The translations under genes and the position numbers were made by a program. The notes under the pieces are model-generated. The model ran no database searches, was not told the origin of the DNA, and saw nothing but the letters and a program-made list of their open reading frames with translations. From NCBI GenBank assembly GCA_044375955.1, contig JBILLS010000001.1, positions 108,912-172,911 on the forward strand: a DNA stretch of 64,000 bases, given 5' to 3'. Every line of letters starts with the position of its first letter. Within the stretch, counting starts at the first letter, position 1. Shown in pieces: positions 1-9,039 of the stretch. Source of the stretch: Candidatus Nanopelagicales bacterium (GTDB taxonomy: Bacteria; Actinomycetota; Actinomycetes; S36-B12).

Positions 1-1
1 A

Positions 2-406
2 GTGAATCGGCTGCTCTGCTCGGTTGCAGCCGAAGCGCTCGTGGCCGGCGCGGTGTTTCCGGATCAGATCGTGATGCTGGGCGAACACCAACTTCTCGTT
101 CCCTACGTGGATCCGGGTCTGCCGTTGGCACGTGAGGTTCGCAGGGGTGTGCAACGGTTCAGCGATGAGCACAGTGAGGCACCCCGCGTCGTGTACCTGC
201 GCAACCACGGAGTGTTCGTGATGGCACCGTCGCCCGATCAGGCGCTGGCCATGACCGAGATGTGCGTGAAGGTGGCCAGCGTCGTGGAGGGTGCGCTCAG
301 CGTCGGGGGTCCCGTCTACCTCGATGAGGCTTCGGCACGACGCATTGAGGATCGACCCGACGAGCACTACCGCCGCCGGATGCTGGCGGGGACGGAGGAG
401 CGATGA
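2..406 (+). CDS. class II aldolase/adducin-domain protein, C-terminal part (5' end outside window)
   Basis: Frame is open to the window edge. The translation (VVYLRNHGVFVMAPSPDQALAMTEMCVK) resembles the C-terminal half of the class II aldolase/adducin fold. Its stop overlaps the next start (ATGA at 403-406). Confidence 0.6.
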   Translation: MNRLLCSVAAEALVAGAVFPDQIVMLGEHQLLVPYVDPGLPLAREVRRGVQRFSDEHSEAPRVVYLRNHGVFVMAPSPDQALAMTEMCVKVASVVEGALSVGGPVYLDEASARRIEDRPDEHYRRRMLAGTEER

Positions 407-1131
407 CGACACTCACGGGCAAGCGCGCGGTCATCACGGGGGCGAGTTCCGGCATTGGGAAGGCGTTCGCGCAGTCACTCGACGCTGCTGGAGTGCACTT
501 GGTCCTGGTCGGGCGCAGCGCCGAGCGACTTGAGGCTGCGAGCGCGAACCTTCAGCACCAGCCGGTCCTGATCGCGGGCGATGTCTCGGAGGCGGCTACG
601 GCCGAGCGGGCCGTCCAGGCGTGTCTCGACTCCTTCGGTGGCATGGACATCGTGCTGCCGAATGCGGGGCTCTACCTGCCGGACAAAGGGTGGGAGGTTC
701 CCACTGACCGAGTCCACCACATGGTCACGACCAATGTCGCCGGGGTGATGCACACCGTGCATGCGGCCCTACCCCACCTCCTGAAGCAGGGCACCGGCGA
801 CATCGTGGTCACCAGTTCGGTGTCCGGCCACCAGGCGATCTCCTGGGAGCCGGTGTATACCGCCACGAAGCACGCGGTGCAGGCCTTCGTGCACGCCACG
901 CGTCAGCAGATCGTGGGTTCGGGGGTGCGCCTGGGCGCGATCGCACCGGGCATCGTGCTCAATGAACTCTGGGGTGTCTCCGAGTCGGATTCCCGGATCG
1001 ACGAGCAGGTTGCGGCCCACGCGGGTATCCGCTCGGAAGACGTCGCGTCCGGCCTTCTCTTCATGCTCACGCAGCCGCGGCACGTGACGATTCGCGATCT
1101 CGTGATGCTGCCCACCGCACAACCGATCTAG
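403..1131 (+). CDS. short-chain dehydrogenase/reductase (SDR)
   Basis: 242 aa with the Rossmann motif TGASSGIG and catalytic YTATK (YxxxK). Translationally coupled to the upstream aldolase-like gene. Confidence 0.85.
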   Translation: MTTLTGKRAVITGASSGIGKAFAQSLDAAGVHLVLVGRSAERLEAASANLQHQPVLIAGDVSEAATAERAVQACLDSFGGMDIVLPNAGLYLPDKGWEVPTDRVHHMVTTNVAGVMHTVHAALPHLLKQGTGDIVVTSSVSGHQAISWEPVYTATKHAVQAFVHATRQQIVGSGVRLGAIAPGIVLNELWGVSESDSRIDEQVAAHAGIRSEDVASGLLFMLTQPRHVTIRDLVMLPTAQPI

Positions 1132-1148
1132 CAGCACACAAAGCAACT

Positions 1149-1182
1149 GGGGTGCAGCGGACCCGAGAATCCGCTGCACCCC
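1149..1182. terminator. bidirectional stem-loop between convergent genes
   Basis: Perfect 13-bp stem GGGGTGCAGCGGA / TCCGCTGCACCCC with an 8-nt loop, lying between the stops at 1131 (+) and 1201 (-). No U-tract, which is usual in high-GC actinobacteria. Confidence 0.55.
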
Positions 1183-1200
1183 AGTGCATGTGTCACATCC

Positions 1201-2181
1201 TTAGCACTTGGCGCGGTACTGAGCCGCCTTGCCTGCCTTGGTGTCGACATTGTTCTTCGTGAGAATGGTGAAGCCGGTCGTGATCTTCTTCTTGGTCGGC
1301 TGACCATTCAGCTTGGCAACGGCCTGCTGCACACCCTGCACACCGATGTCGTACGGCTGCTGAGCGATGAGCGCCTGGACGGTGCCATCCTTGAGAGCCT
1401 TCACCTGGTCGGGACCGGCGTCGAAGCCGATGACCACGATCTGGCCTTCCTTACCGGCCTGCTTGATAGCGGTGGCCACACCCTGTGCAGAGAACAGGTT
1501 GCTAGCGAAGACCGCCTTGATGTCGGGGTTCTTCGCGAGAGCCGCCGTCATCTTCTGGGCAGCAATGGCGGGCTCGTTCTCCGAGTACTCCTGGGAAACG
1601 AACGTGAACTTGCCACCGCTCGCCTTCACGGCATCCGAGAAGCCCTTGTCACGTGCGTCGGTGGTGCTGATGCCCGGGCGCACGCCCATCGCCATCACCT
1701 TGCCGCCGCCCGGAACGAGCTGCTCAACTGCCTTGAATGCCTGCTCGCCACCGGCGAGGTTGTTGGAGGAGATCTCCGACACCGCGAACTTCGGGTTGTT
1801 CACAGTGGTGTCCACGAGGACGATCTCGATGCCGGCCTTCTTGGCGGCCTCGAGCGGACGCTGCATCGCCTTGACGTCGTTCGGGGCGATCAGGATCGCG
1901 TCAGGCTTCTTGGCCACGACGGCCTCGAGGATCGGACGCTGGAGGGTGGCATCGAACTTCGCCGGGCCCTCGGTGGTGACCTTTGCGCCGAGCTTCTTGG
2001 CCTCGGCACGAACGCCACAGTCCATGGTGATGTAGAAGCCGTCGCCCTTCACACCCTGGATGAACACGATGTTCTCTCCGGCCGCATTCGCGACAGGAGC
2101 AACACCAAGCGACAGACCGGCGACAACTCCAACACCGAGAGCTGCAACAGCGGTCCGCTTGATCAGATTCTTGCTACCCAC
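1201..2181 (-). CDS. sugar ABC transporter substrate-binding protein (RbsB-like)
   Basis: 326 aa with an N-terminal signal peptide (cleavage around VANA/AGEN). The sequence looks like a type I periplasmic binding protein. It is the last gene of the ATPase-permease-SBP trio. Confidence 0.85.
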   Translation of the reverse strand: MGSKNLIKRTAVAALGVGVVAGLSLGVAPVANAAGENIVFIQGVKGDGFYITMDCGVRAEAKKLGAKVTTEGPAKFDATLQRPILEAVVAKKPDAILIAPNDVKAMQRPLEAAKKAGIEIVLVDTTVNNPKFAVSEISSNNLAGGEQAFKAVEQLVPGGGKVMAMGVRPGISTTDARDKGFSDAVKASGGKFTFVSQEYSENEPAIAAQKMTAALAKNPDIKAVFASNLFSAQGVATAIKQAGKEGQIVVIGFDAGPDQVKALKDGTVQALIAQQPYDIGVQGVQQAVAKLNGQPTKKKITTGFTILTKNNVDTKAGKAAQYRAKC

Positions 2182-2183
2182 CT

Positions 2184-3272
2184 TTAACCTTCTTTCTCTT
2201 TGCCCCGAAGGGTCAGCCCTCCAACTTGGAGGGGTTTGGACTTCTTTCCTGATCCCTTGAATGCACGTGCACGGCGTAGGCCGTCCAGGTACACAGCACC
2301 GATCAGGAACATTCCCACCACGACGCCCTGCCAGTAGGCCTGGACCCCGATGATGATGAACCCGGCCTGCAGCACCACGGGGATGAGCAGTCCGATTACC
2401 GTGCCAAAGATTGTACCGATGCCTCCGAAGAGGCTGGTACCGCCAATGACAACGCCTGCGATGACGGTCAAGGCCGTCATGGAGTTACCACCGATGGTGG
2501 TCTGCTGGAAGTACGCGACGCTGAGGATGCCAGCGATTCCCGCAGTGGTACCCGAGATGACGTACACCCAGATGAGTTGGCGATCGACGTTGATGCCGAC
2601 GCGCCGGCAGGCCTCCGGATTGGAGCCCACCGCATAGGTGTAGAGGCCGAAGCGGGTCTTATGCAAGAGGATCCCACCGAGCACGCAGATCGCTGCGGCG
2701 ATGACTGTCAGCGTGGGAACGTCGGCGAAGACATTGCCGAAGCCGACGGTGTCAACGAGCACGGTGGGGATCTCGTAGAGATCGATGCCGCCGGTGATCA
2801 CCTGCGCGAGACCGAGGGCCGCTCCCAGCGTGCCGAGGGTGACGATGAATGCCGGCACCTTCGCCTTGGCGACGAGGAGTCCGTTGATAAGACCCCACAC
2901 CGCGCCCGCGACGATCGAAGCGATGGTGCCTGCGATAGCCGCACCCCAACCCTCCGCGCCCATGGCACCCATGACTTGCGCACCGATCACACTGCTAAAG
3001 ACCAGCACCGATCCGATGGACAAATCGATGCCTGCCGTGATGATGACGAGGGTTGCGCCAACACCGAGAACCGCGAAGATCGAGGTGTTGAGGATGATGG
3101 ATCGCAAATTGAACGCGGTCGGGAACGCATCCGGTGCCATGATCGAGAAGATCACGCACAGAACGATGAGCACGATGACGATCTGCGCGGCCTGGACACG
3201 AGTGAGGCGTCTCCATAGAGACATCCGCGGTGTGTTCAGCAGTTCGTGCGCGAGGGCTGTCTGCGCGCTCAT
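2184..3272 (-). CDS. sugar ABC transporter permease (RbsC/AraH-type)
   Basis: 362 aa, strongly hydrophobic with about 10 TM segments. Its ATG overlaps the ATPase stop (3269-3272). Confidence 0.85.
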   Translation of the reverse strand: MSAQTALAHELLNTPRMSLWRRLTRVQAAQIVIVLIVLCVIFSIMAPDAFPTAFNLRSIILNTSIFAVLGVGATLVIITAGIDLSIGSVLVFSSVIGAQVMGAMGAEGWGAAIAGTIASIVAGAVWGLINGLLVAKAKVPAFIVTLGTLGAALGLAQVITGGIDLYEIPTVLVDTVGFGNVFADVPTLTVIAAAICVLGGILLHKTRFGLYTYAVGSNPEACRRVGINVDRQLIWVYVISGTTAGIAGILSVAYFQQTTIGGNSMTALTVIAGVVIGGTSLFGGIGTIFGTVIGLLIPVVLQAGFIIIGVQAYWQGVVVGMFLIGAVYLDGLRRARAFKGSGKKSKPLQVGGLTLRGKEKEG

Positions 3273-4024
3273 GCGACCTCCTCATCCAATGCGCCGGTCA
3301 TAGTCCCCACGAGTTCCTCGAGCGAAGTCTCGGATGTCTTGTAGACGGCGACGCGGCGACCGCGACGCATCACTTGAACACGATCGGAGACCTGCAACAC
3401 CTCGGGCATCGAGTGACTGATGAACACAACGCCGATGCCCCTGTCCCGTACCCGCTTGACCATGTCCAACACGTTCTTGGTCTGCACGACACCAAGGGCA
3501 GCCGTGGGCTCGTCGAGGAAGATGATCTCGTTCGCCCAGGACGCCGAACGTGCCACGGCGATGCTCTGCTTCTGTCCGCCGGACATGGATCCGACGGGCT
3601 CCGTCAGTGTCCGGACGGTGGCACCGAGATCGGTGAAGGCGCTGACCGAGCCCTCCTTCATCTGCTTGCGGTCCATGAATCCCAGGAGTCCAAGCAGACC
3701 CTTGCGCTTGACCTCTCGGCCCAGGTAGAGGTTGTTCACCGCATCGAGGTGCGGGCAGAGGGCGAGATCCTGGAACACGGTCTCGATGCCGAGGTTCCGC
3801 GCATCGGCCGGGTTCGAAAGCTTTACTTCCTTACCCTTGAAAAGGATCGTCCCACCCTCCGGCTGCTCCGTGCCGGAGAGGATCTTGACCATCGTGCTCT
3901 TGCCCGCGCCATTGTCACCGATCATCGCGGTGACCTCACCGGCCTCCACGGTGAAGTCGGCCTCGTCGAGCGCGACCACCTGCCCGTATGTGCGCACGAT
4001 CCCGCGCGCCTCAAGAATCGCCAT
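3269..4024 (-). CDS. sugar ABC transporter ATP-binding protein (single cassette)
   Basis: The longest ORF runs to 4255, but its first 77 codons are Arg/Ser-rich and overlap the upstream gene. I moved the start to ATG 4022-4024 (MAILEARGIV). Walker A GDNGAGKST, signature MSGGQKQ, Walker B IIFLDEPTAALG. Confidence 0.85.
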   Translation of the reverse strand: MAILEARGIVRTYGQVVALDEADFTVEAGEVTAMIGDNGAGKSTMVKILSGTEQPEGGTILFKGKEVKLSNPADARNLGIETVFQDLALCPHLDAVNNLYLGREVKRKGLLGLLGFMDRKQMKEGSVSAFTDLGATVRTLTEPVGSMSGGQKQSIAVARSASWANEIIFLDEPTAALGVVQTKNVLDMVKRVRDRGIGVVFISHSMPEVLQVSDRVQVMRRGRRVAVYKTSETSLEELVGTMTGALDEEVA

Positions 4025-4037
4025 GGATCTCTCCCTC

Positions 4038-4955
4038 CTACTGCCCGACCGTGAACCAGGGGCGGGCCCGTCCCGCAATCGCATCCCGACATGCCTGAAG
4101 TCGAGGACGCGCCACATCCTGCAGGAACCGATCCTGGTCCGCACCATCGAGTCCGATGGCCTCCTTCCAGACCGACCGTCCCGCGATGAATCCGGACGCT
4201 CCTCCCTCATCACAGGAGATCTTGAGCACGTCCGTAAAGGTGGCGAAGTCCACACCGGCGCTGAGAACCGCCCACGGGACGGTGACTGTGTCGGCGAGAC
4301 GCCGACACGCCTCCGCGCTGCCGGGGTACTCCAATTTGAGGAGATCGGGTTGGAGCTCGGTCAGCAGGGCCGCCGACTCGATGATGGCCGTAGCGCGCTG
4401 CTCGGGGGTCATCGACTCCGCGGGCGGCACCGGGTAGATGAGGTTCTCGATCACCGAGGGGATCCCCACGGCTCGGCAGTCCGCCACAACATCACGCACC
4501 ACCTGCAACGTCTCCTCGGTGAGGTCGGGTTCACCAGGCTTCGTGATGCGCGCCGGGTTCATCATGATCAGGAACTTCACGGCCTGACCGCCCATGTTCT
4601 TCACCCACGCCGCGTCCTGGTCCGCCTGACGTGAGGGACGGGGCTCGCCGTTGAACGAGCCGCGCTCGGCCGGCTCTGCCGCGACGAGCAAACCGCAGTT
4701 CGACGCAAGAGCACCAGCTTCGGTGACCGCAGGAACACCGAAGGTCGGATCGAGGAGGATGCCGGTGGCGTCGGGGGTAAGGGCTCCCGCCACCGCGACC
4801 TTCGCCTCACGCATCTGCGCATCGCTCGCATCCACGCCCACCGCCTTGAACATGCGGCGCAGGGTGTTGCGCTGGTCCATCGCAATGATCGCGAAGGTGC
4901 CGTCGGAATCAGCGATGGCAGATAGCGAGATCGCCGACGCGGTACCGGTACTCAT
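4038..4955 (-). CDS. class I aldolase-like TIM-barrel protein (LacD / YihT-like family)
   Basis: 305 aa with FAIIAMDQRNTL, AVKFLIMMNP and a candidate Schiff-base lysine in LLKLEYPG, as in tagatose-1,6-bisphosphate-type aldolases. The substrate cannot be determined from sequence. Confidence 0.65.
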   Translation of the reverse strand: MSTGTASAISLSAIADSDGTFAIIAMDQRNTLRRMFKAVGVDASDAQMREAKVAVAGALTPDATGILLDPTFGVPAVTEAGALASNCGLLVAAEPAERGSFNGEPRPSRQADQDAAWVKNMGGQAVKFLIMMNPARITKPGEPDLTEETLQVVRDVVADCRAVGIPSVIENLIYPVPPAESMTPEQRATAIIESAALLTELQPDLLKLEYPGSAEACRRLADTVTVPWAVLSAGVDFATFTDVLKISCDEGGASGFIAGRSVWKEAIGLDGADQDRFLQDVARPRLQACRDAIAGRARPWFTVGQ

Positions 4956-6337
4956 CAGATGAACTCCTTCATAGGTGTGGTGCGTGCATGGGCAAAATCG
5001 GGGTAGGTGAGTCCGACACCCGCAGCCTCGGCCGCGAATAGGCAGGCACCACGGGCACCGGGCTGGAGGTGCTCACTCACGCGAAGCCCGGGGAAGATGT
5101 GTGCCTTCCCGCGCGCGACACCCGGCACATGCGCCCATCCACCTGCGGCCACCGCGGTGGTGTACTCGCCCGCCACCGCGGTGATCGGGCGCACCAACGC
5201 GCGAGTCTCGGCAAGGACGTAGTCCATCGCAGCACACCAGACGTCTTCCGGACGGGTGTCATCGCGCAGCTGCACCGTGACCTCATTGGTCCAGTTACCC
5301 GGCTCGGACACGATGACGGTTCCGTTGGCCTTCCACGCAGGGGTCCACGCTTCGGAGATGCGGGCACGCTCCTCGTGCGTGTGCGCGCCGAGCATCGACA
5401 GCACGCGGCCCAGCACCAGTCCCGAGCGCGTTGCGCCCAGGATTGCCGTGCTGTCCGGAAGTACGTGACGGCCGGCGCTCAAGCCGGAGGCCACGAGTGA
5501 GGCGCGCTCGTTATTGGTGAGGGTCCGCGGAAGGGTTCGCAGGATGACGTCCGCTGTTCCGCAGGAGTCGTAGAGGTCGTCGCCACCGACGGCACCGGCA
5601 CCCACGGACCCGACCAGGTGATCGTGACCGGCGACGGTGACCTGCGCATTGCGCAGGATGGCAGGGGCATCTTCGTGCGCGCGACCGAAGGGGACGCCCG
5701 CCGAACGCATCTCCGGTACGAAAGTGGCGTCCGCGCCGATCATCGACAGGGTTCGTGACCACGGTGCGATGGAATCCTGATCGAGGAGGCCGGTGCGTGA
5801 TGCCAGGGAGGGTTCGGTGAAGATCGCACCGGTGAGGGCGTAGGCCACGTACTCGAGTGCGTTCACCCACCGCATACCCGGGGTGATGGTGAATCCATGG
5901 GTCGTGAGCCACAGCAATTTCGAAAATGAGCATTCAGCCTTGGCGGCCAACCCGGTGACAGACTGGAACTCGTCGCGGAACTCCTGAGGCAGTGCCGCGA
6001 ACTCTTGGGCACCGCGCTGGTCGTACCACGCCATCGCCGGGGTGACCGCTTTCCCGGCGGTGTCGACGATCACGCCGGTCTCGGCCATCCCGGTGATGCC
6101 GATCCCGAGTACCTCGACCGGGCTGGTGCACCTCTCGGCCGCCTGCGCCATCACCCGGACCGCGGCGTCGACGAATGCGCCGATCTCTGCGTGCACATTC
6201 CCGTTCTCTTCGACGATCCACGGGGTGGACTCGCCCGCCTGACCGCAGACGTTTCCCGCGAGGTCCATTGCGACCGCCTTAAAGGAGGTCGTCCCGAGGT
6301 CGATACCGACGAGGACGGGAGTGCGCGCTGTACTCAT
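4955..6337 (-). CDS. FGGY-family carbohydrate kinase
   Basis: 460 aa with the N-terminal GIDLGTTSFKAV actin-fold ATPase motif and an overall xylulokinase/glycerol-kinase-like layout. Confidence 0.85.
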   Translation of the reverse strand: MSTARTPVLVGIDLGTTSFKAVAMDLAGNVCGQAGESTPWIVEENGNVHAEIGAFVDAAVRVMAQAAERCTSPVEVLGIGITGMAETGVIVDTAGKAVTPAMAWYDQRGAQEFAALPQEFRDEFQSVTGLAAKAECSFSKLLWLTTHGFTITPGMRWVNALEYVAYALTGAIFTEPSLASRTGLLDQDSIAPWSRTLSMIGADATFVPEMRSAGVPFGRAHEDAPAILRNAQVTVAGHDHLVGSVGAGAVGGDDLYDSCGTADVILRTLPRTLTNNERASLVASGLSAGRHVLPDSTAILGATRSGLVLGRVLSMLGAHTHEERARISEAWTPAWKANGTVIVSEPGNWTNEVTVQLRDDTRPEDVWCAAMDYVLAETRALVRPITAVAGEYTTAVAAGGWAHVPGVARGKAHIFPGLRVSEHLQPGARGACLFAAEAAGVGLTYPDFAHARTTPMKEFI

Positions 6338-7350
6338 GCGCTCGCCTCCAGGTGTGCTGGGGTCATCTCGCCCGATCCCCGCTCGATCAAACGGAGAGGC
6401 ACGATCGTGTCACTTCCGTCGTCGGGGAGTCCTGCCATGCGCTCGGTGAGGCGATCCATCGCCGCGCTCGCCAGCATGGCGGGGTCATGATCGATAGACG
6501 TCACGGGAGGGGTGAGCACGTCCGCCGTGGCGAAGTCACCGAAGGAGATGAGCGCGATATCGGTGCGGCCGGAGGCGTGTAGTTGGCGCACCACACCCAG
6601 GGATGTCTCGGACCGGGAACTGAAGATCGCCGTCGGTGCGTGGGGGCCATTGATGAGGGTGGCGGTTGCCTCGAAGGCGTCGTGGGCGTCATGGCACCCA
6701 CTGGCCTCCAATCGATCCTCGATCGGGAGGCCCCGCTCACGGAGTGCGTCGTGATATCCCCGGTACCGCAGATTCGAAGTCCGGATCGTGAGGTCGTCGG
6801 TCACGATGGCGATGCGGCGATGGCCATGTTCTGCGAGGTGCAGGACTGCCGTCCTCGCCGCGCCCTGGTCGTCGACCCGCACCGCTCCCGAGTCCAGGCC
6901 ACGCGGATGGCGGTCGATGAATACGACCGGAGTGGGAATGCGCTTGAGGAAGGAGTAGTCGGCGAACTCCGGGGTCACGATCAACCCGGCCACGCGTCGA
7001 CCGATGAGACCCTCCACGATCTCGCGCTCCGTCTCAGCGGAGTGCGAGTTCGATGCGACAAGGAGCTTCACTCCCAAGTCCAGTGAACGCTTCTCGATCT
7101 CCTCGATCGCCTTAGCGAAGAACGGGTCACCGAGCGTGGGGACGACGATTCCGATGGTGTCGTCGACTCCGCGCCGAAGCGAACGTGCGGTGACGTCCAC
7201 CTGGTATCCGAGGGATTCGACAGCGTGCTCGACACGTCGGCGTGTGTCGGGCGACACGCGTTCATCACCATTCACGACACGTGAAGCGGTCTTCGTGCTG
7301 GTTCCGGCAACGAGCGCAACATCGCGCAGCCGCACGACTTTCCTATTCAC
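6334..7350 (-). CDS. LacI-family transcriptional regulator
   Basis: The longest ORF (to 7605) overlaps the upstream kinase gene. I moved the start to GTG 7348-7350, which overlaps the upstream stop as GTGA. The N-terminus VVRLRDVALVAGTSTKTASRVVNG is a LacI HTH, followed by a sugar-binding effector domain. Confidence 0.85.
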   Translation of the reverse strand: MNRKVVRLRDVALVAGTSTKTASRVVNGDERVSPDTRRRVEHAVESLGYQVDVTARSLRRGVDDTIGIVVPTLGDPFFAKAIEEIEKRSLDLGVKLLVASNSHSAETEREIVEGLIGRRVAGLIVTPEFADYSFLKRIPTPVVFIDRHPRGLDSGAVRVDDQGAARTAVLHLAEHGHRRIAIVTDDLTIRTSNLRYRGYHDALRERGLPIEDRLEASGCHDAHDAFEATATLINGPHAPTAIFSSRSETSLGVVRQLHASGRTDIALISFGDFATADVLTPPVTSIDHDPAMLASAAMDRLTERMAGLPDDGSDTIVPLRLIERGSGEMTPAHLEASA

Positions 7351-8306
7351 GATGCCACCCCTGTCGCGATGTCGGCGTCGGGGACGCGCGACAGAAGTTC
7401 GGAGTAGCGCGCGCGGACAACACCGCCGGCAAGCACCTGCTCGCATGATGCAGCCGCACTTGCGACACCCGAGCGCACGGCCTCGACGATGGCGGAGAGA
7501 TCTTCCTTCATCCCACTGTCCTGCCATGTGTACGCGAAACCCGCGACGAATGAGTCGCCCGCTCCCACCGTGCTCACGACCTCGACGCTCACGGCGGAGA
7601 CCCATGCGTGGGCATCCGCTGTCGCGATCGCCACACCCGCACTACCCGCGGTGACCAACGCGATCCGAGCACCACGCTCGACGAGTTGACGTGCAGCCCG
7701 ATCAGCGCGGCCACGGGCTTCGGTGTCGTCGAGTGAGTGGGAGTCCATGACGCGCGCATCCGTGAGACCCAGGCACGCCTCGGCCTCATCGAGGTTGGGG
7801 GTGATGACATCGGGTTTCGTGGCTAGAACGTTCTCCAGCCACTGCGGTGCGGTGTCGACGAGGACCCGGGCACCGCGCGCGTGGAGGCCGGCAACGAGTT
7901 CGACCAGAGCGGATGCGGCGAGGCCCGAGGGCAGGCTGCCCATGATCATCACCAGATCCCCGTCGTGCGCGGTGGTCACCACTCGCGAGACGACGTCGCG
8001 CCACTGCGCCGGATCCTCGAACGTGCCCGCTTCATTGATCACGGTCACCCGGTCGACGTCGCTTTCGAGCAGGATCGTCGCGGTCCGCACGCCACCGGCC
8101 ACCGGGATGATCTCCGCGGCGAGTTTCTCGGCGGCCAACAGGCCTTCGTAGGCGGCTCGGTCGCGCGTTCCGACCGGGAGGATCAGCAGTGCCTCCGCGC
8201 CGAGCGACCGGAGAGCCCGAACCACGTTGATGCCCTTGCCCCCGCACGTCAGTTCCGCACTCTGGGCACGGATGACCGCCCCGGGTGACACCCGGGGGAC
8301 GCGCAC
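7347..8306 (-). CDS. PfkB-family sugar-phosphate kinase (FruK/LacC-like)
   Basis: GGKGINV near the N-terminus and C-terminal GAGDSFVAGF. Coordinates begin at the first GTG. The conserved N-terminal strand lies upstream of any canonical start (see finding). Confidence 0.8.
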   Translation of the reverse strand: MRVPRVSPGAVIRAQSAELTCGGKGINVVRALRSLGAEALLILPVGTRDRAAYEGLLAAEKLAAEIIPVAGGVRTATILLESDVDRVTVINEAGTFEDPAQWRDVVSRVVTTAHDGDLVMIMGSLPSGLAASALVELVAGLHARGARVLVDTAPQWLENVLATKPDVITPNLDEAEACLGLTDARVMDSHSLDDTEARGRADRAARQLVERGARIALVTAGSAGVAIATADAHAWVSAVSVEVVSTVGAGDSFVAGFAYTWQDSGMKEDLSAIVEAVRSGVASAAASCEQVLAGGVVRARYSELLSRVPDADIATGVAS

Positions 8307-8366
8307 CGTCCGGTCGAAGACCGGGTTCGGGTTGAAGACGAGCAGGGCTATGGCTTTTCCCTTCTA

Positions 8367-8415
8367 GGTAATCGTTGTCACGAGCACAACGACACCTGGG
8401 TAATCGTTGTCACGG
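8367..8415. promoter_or_regulatory. two direct copies of a LacI-type operator candidate
   Basis: GGTAATCGTTGTCACG occurs twice, 32 nt apart, upstream of the pfkB-lacI operon. Read on the minus strand, TGACAACGATTACC approximates the LacI-family consensus TGnAAnCGnTTnCA. Coordinates are +/-1. Confidence 0.45.
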
Positions 8416-8450
8416 GACGTAGCGACGCTAGTGCGCTCGGTGACGTCTGT

Positions 8451-8978
8451 CTAGACCTCGGGTGAATTCGAGGTGGCCTCGAGAACCGCCTGGGCGAGCG
8501 TCTCCGTGGGGAGTGCCGCATCCAGGGCCAGGTGGGGGACCCCCGGCCGGGGCCCGGGTCCGCCCCGCGCCCCCTGGTCGCGGACGGCTCCCCTGGTCTG
8601 GATCCGGCGGGCACGCTCGTCCTCGTCGAGATCCAGCCAGACCAGGAGCCACCGAGGGCAGGGGTCGGCCCACCAAGCCCAGGAGTCGGCCCGGGCCGCG
8701 TACCGGGTGAACGGGGCGGACACGACGATCGGGGTCCCCCCGTTCTGAGCCAGGGTCTGCCGCAGCGCGTCATGCAGGGCCCGGTACCGCGAATCCTTGA
8801 CCGCCTCGAGGAGCTCCGCCTCACTCATCGCGGGATTCTTCGCCCTGGCTTCGTCGACCACAGCGGCACTGACGAGGTCGAAGTCGAGATGCACGCCCTT
8901 GAGTCGAGTGGCGAGAACATCGCCCAGGGTCGACTTGCCTGTTCCTGCAGAACCGGCGACGAAGACCACTGTGCCCAT
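8451..8978 (-). CDS. small P-loop kinase-like protein (AAA_33-like)
   Basis: 175 aa with Walker A GSAGTGKST at residues 9-17. Its size and layout match gluconate/shikimate-kinase-like NTPases. Confidence 0.7.
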   Translation of the reverse strand: MGTVVFVAGSAGTGKSTLGDVLATRLKGVHLDFDLVSAAVVDEARAKNPAMSEAELLEAVKDSRYRALHDALRQTLAQNGGTPIVVSAPFTRYAARADSWAWWADPCPRWLLVWLDLDEDERARRIQTRGAVRDQGARGGPGPRPGVPHLALDAALPTETLAQAVLEATSNSPEV

Positions 8979-9039
8979 GCGACAGTCTCCCTAGGACGAG
9001 TGGCCGTCATGCTAGAACGGAGGTCCTGAAGGGAGCGCG

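Noticed and set aside
3269-4255. N-terminal extensions in the longest-ORF calls: 3269-4255, 6334-7605, 27162-27497, 33816-35108, 39952-40593, 43042-44793, 48340-50373, 58946-59578, 61059-61391.
   Set aside because: The extensions overlap the upstream gene, are compositionally odd, and precede an internal start that gives a family-typical N-terminus. These internal starts often have a 4-nt stop/start overlap or an SD. I shortened the starts accordingly.
8280-8461. Apparent 1-nt disagreement between my character-level reading of lines 8281-8460 and the ORF track: a run of C at 8277-8283 and a run of G at 8459-8462.
   Set aside because: The ORF-track translations (7347-8306, 7881-8288, 8451-8978) are self-consistent and make biological sense. 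I treat the discrepancy as my miscount of homopolymer runs at line breaks, not a frameshift or pseudogene. Coordinates of features in this stretch carry +/-1 uncertainty.
8378-8824. Pro/Gly/Arg-rich ORFs on both strands across 8378-9029, considered as possible PE/PPE-like or repeat proteins.
   Set aside because: They overlap the P-loop kinase-like gene, which has a clean Walker A and a sensible composition. The alternatives are low-complexity translations of a very GC-rich stretch.
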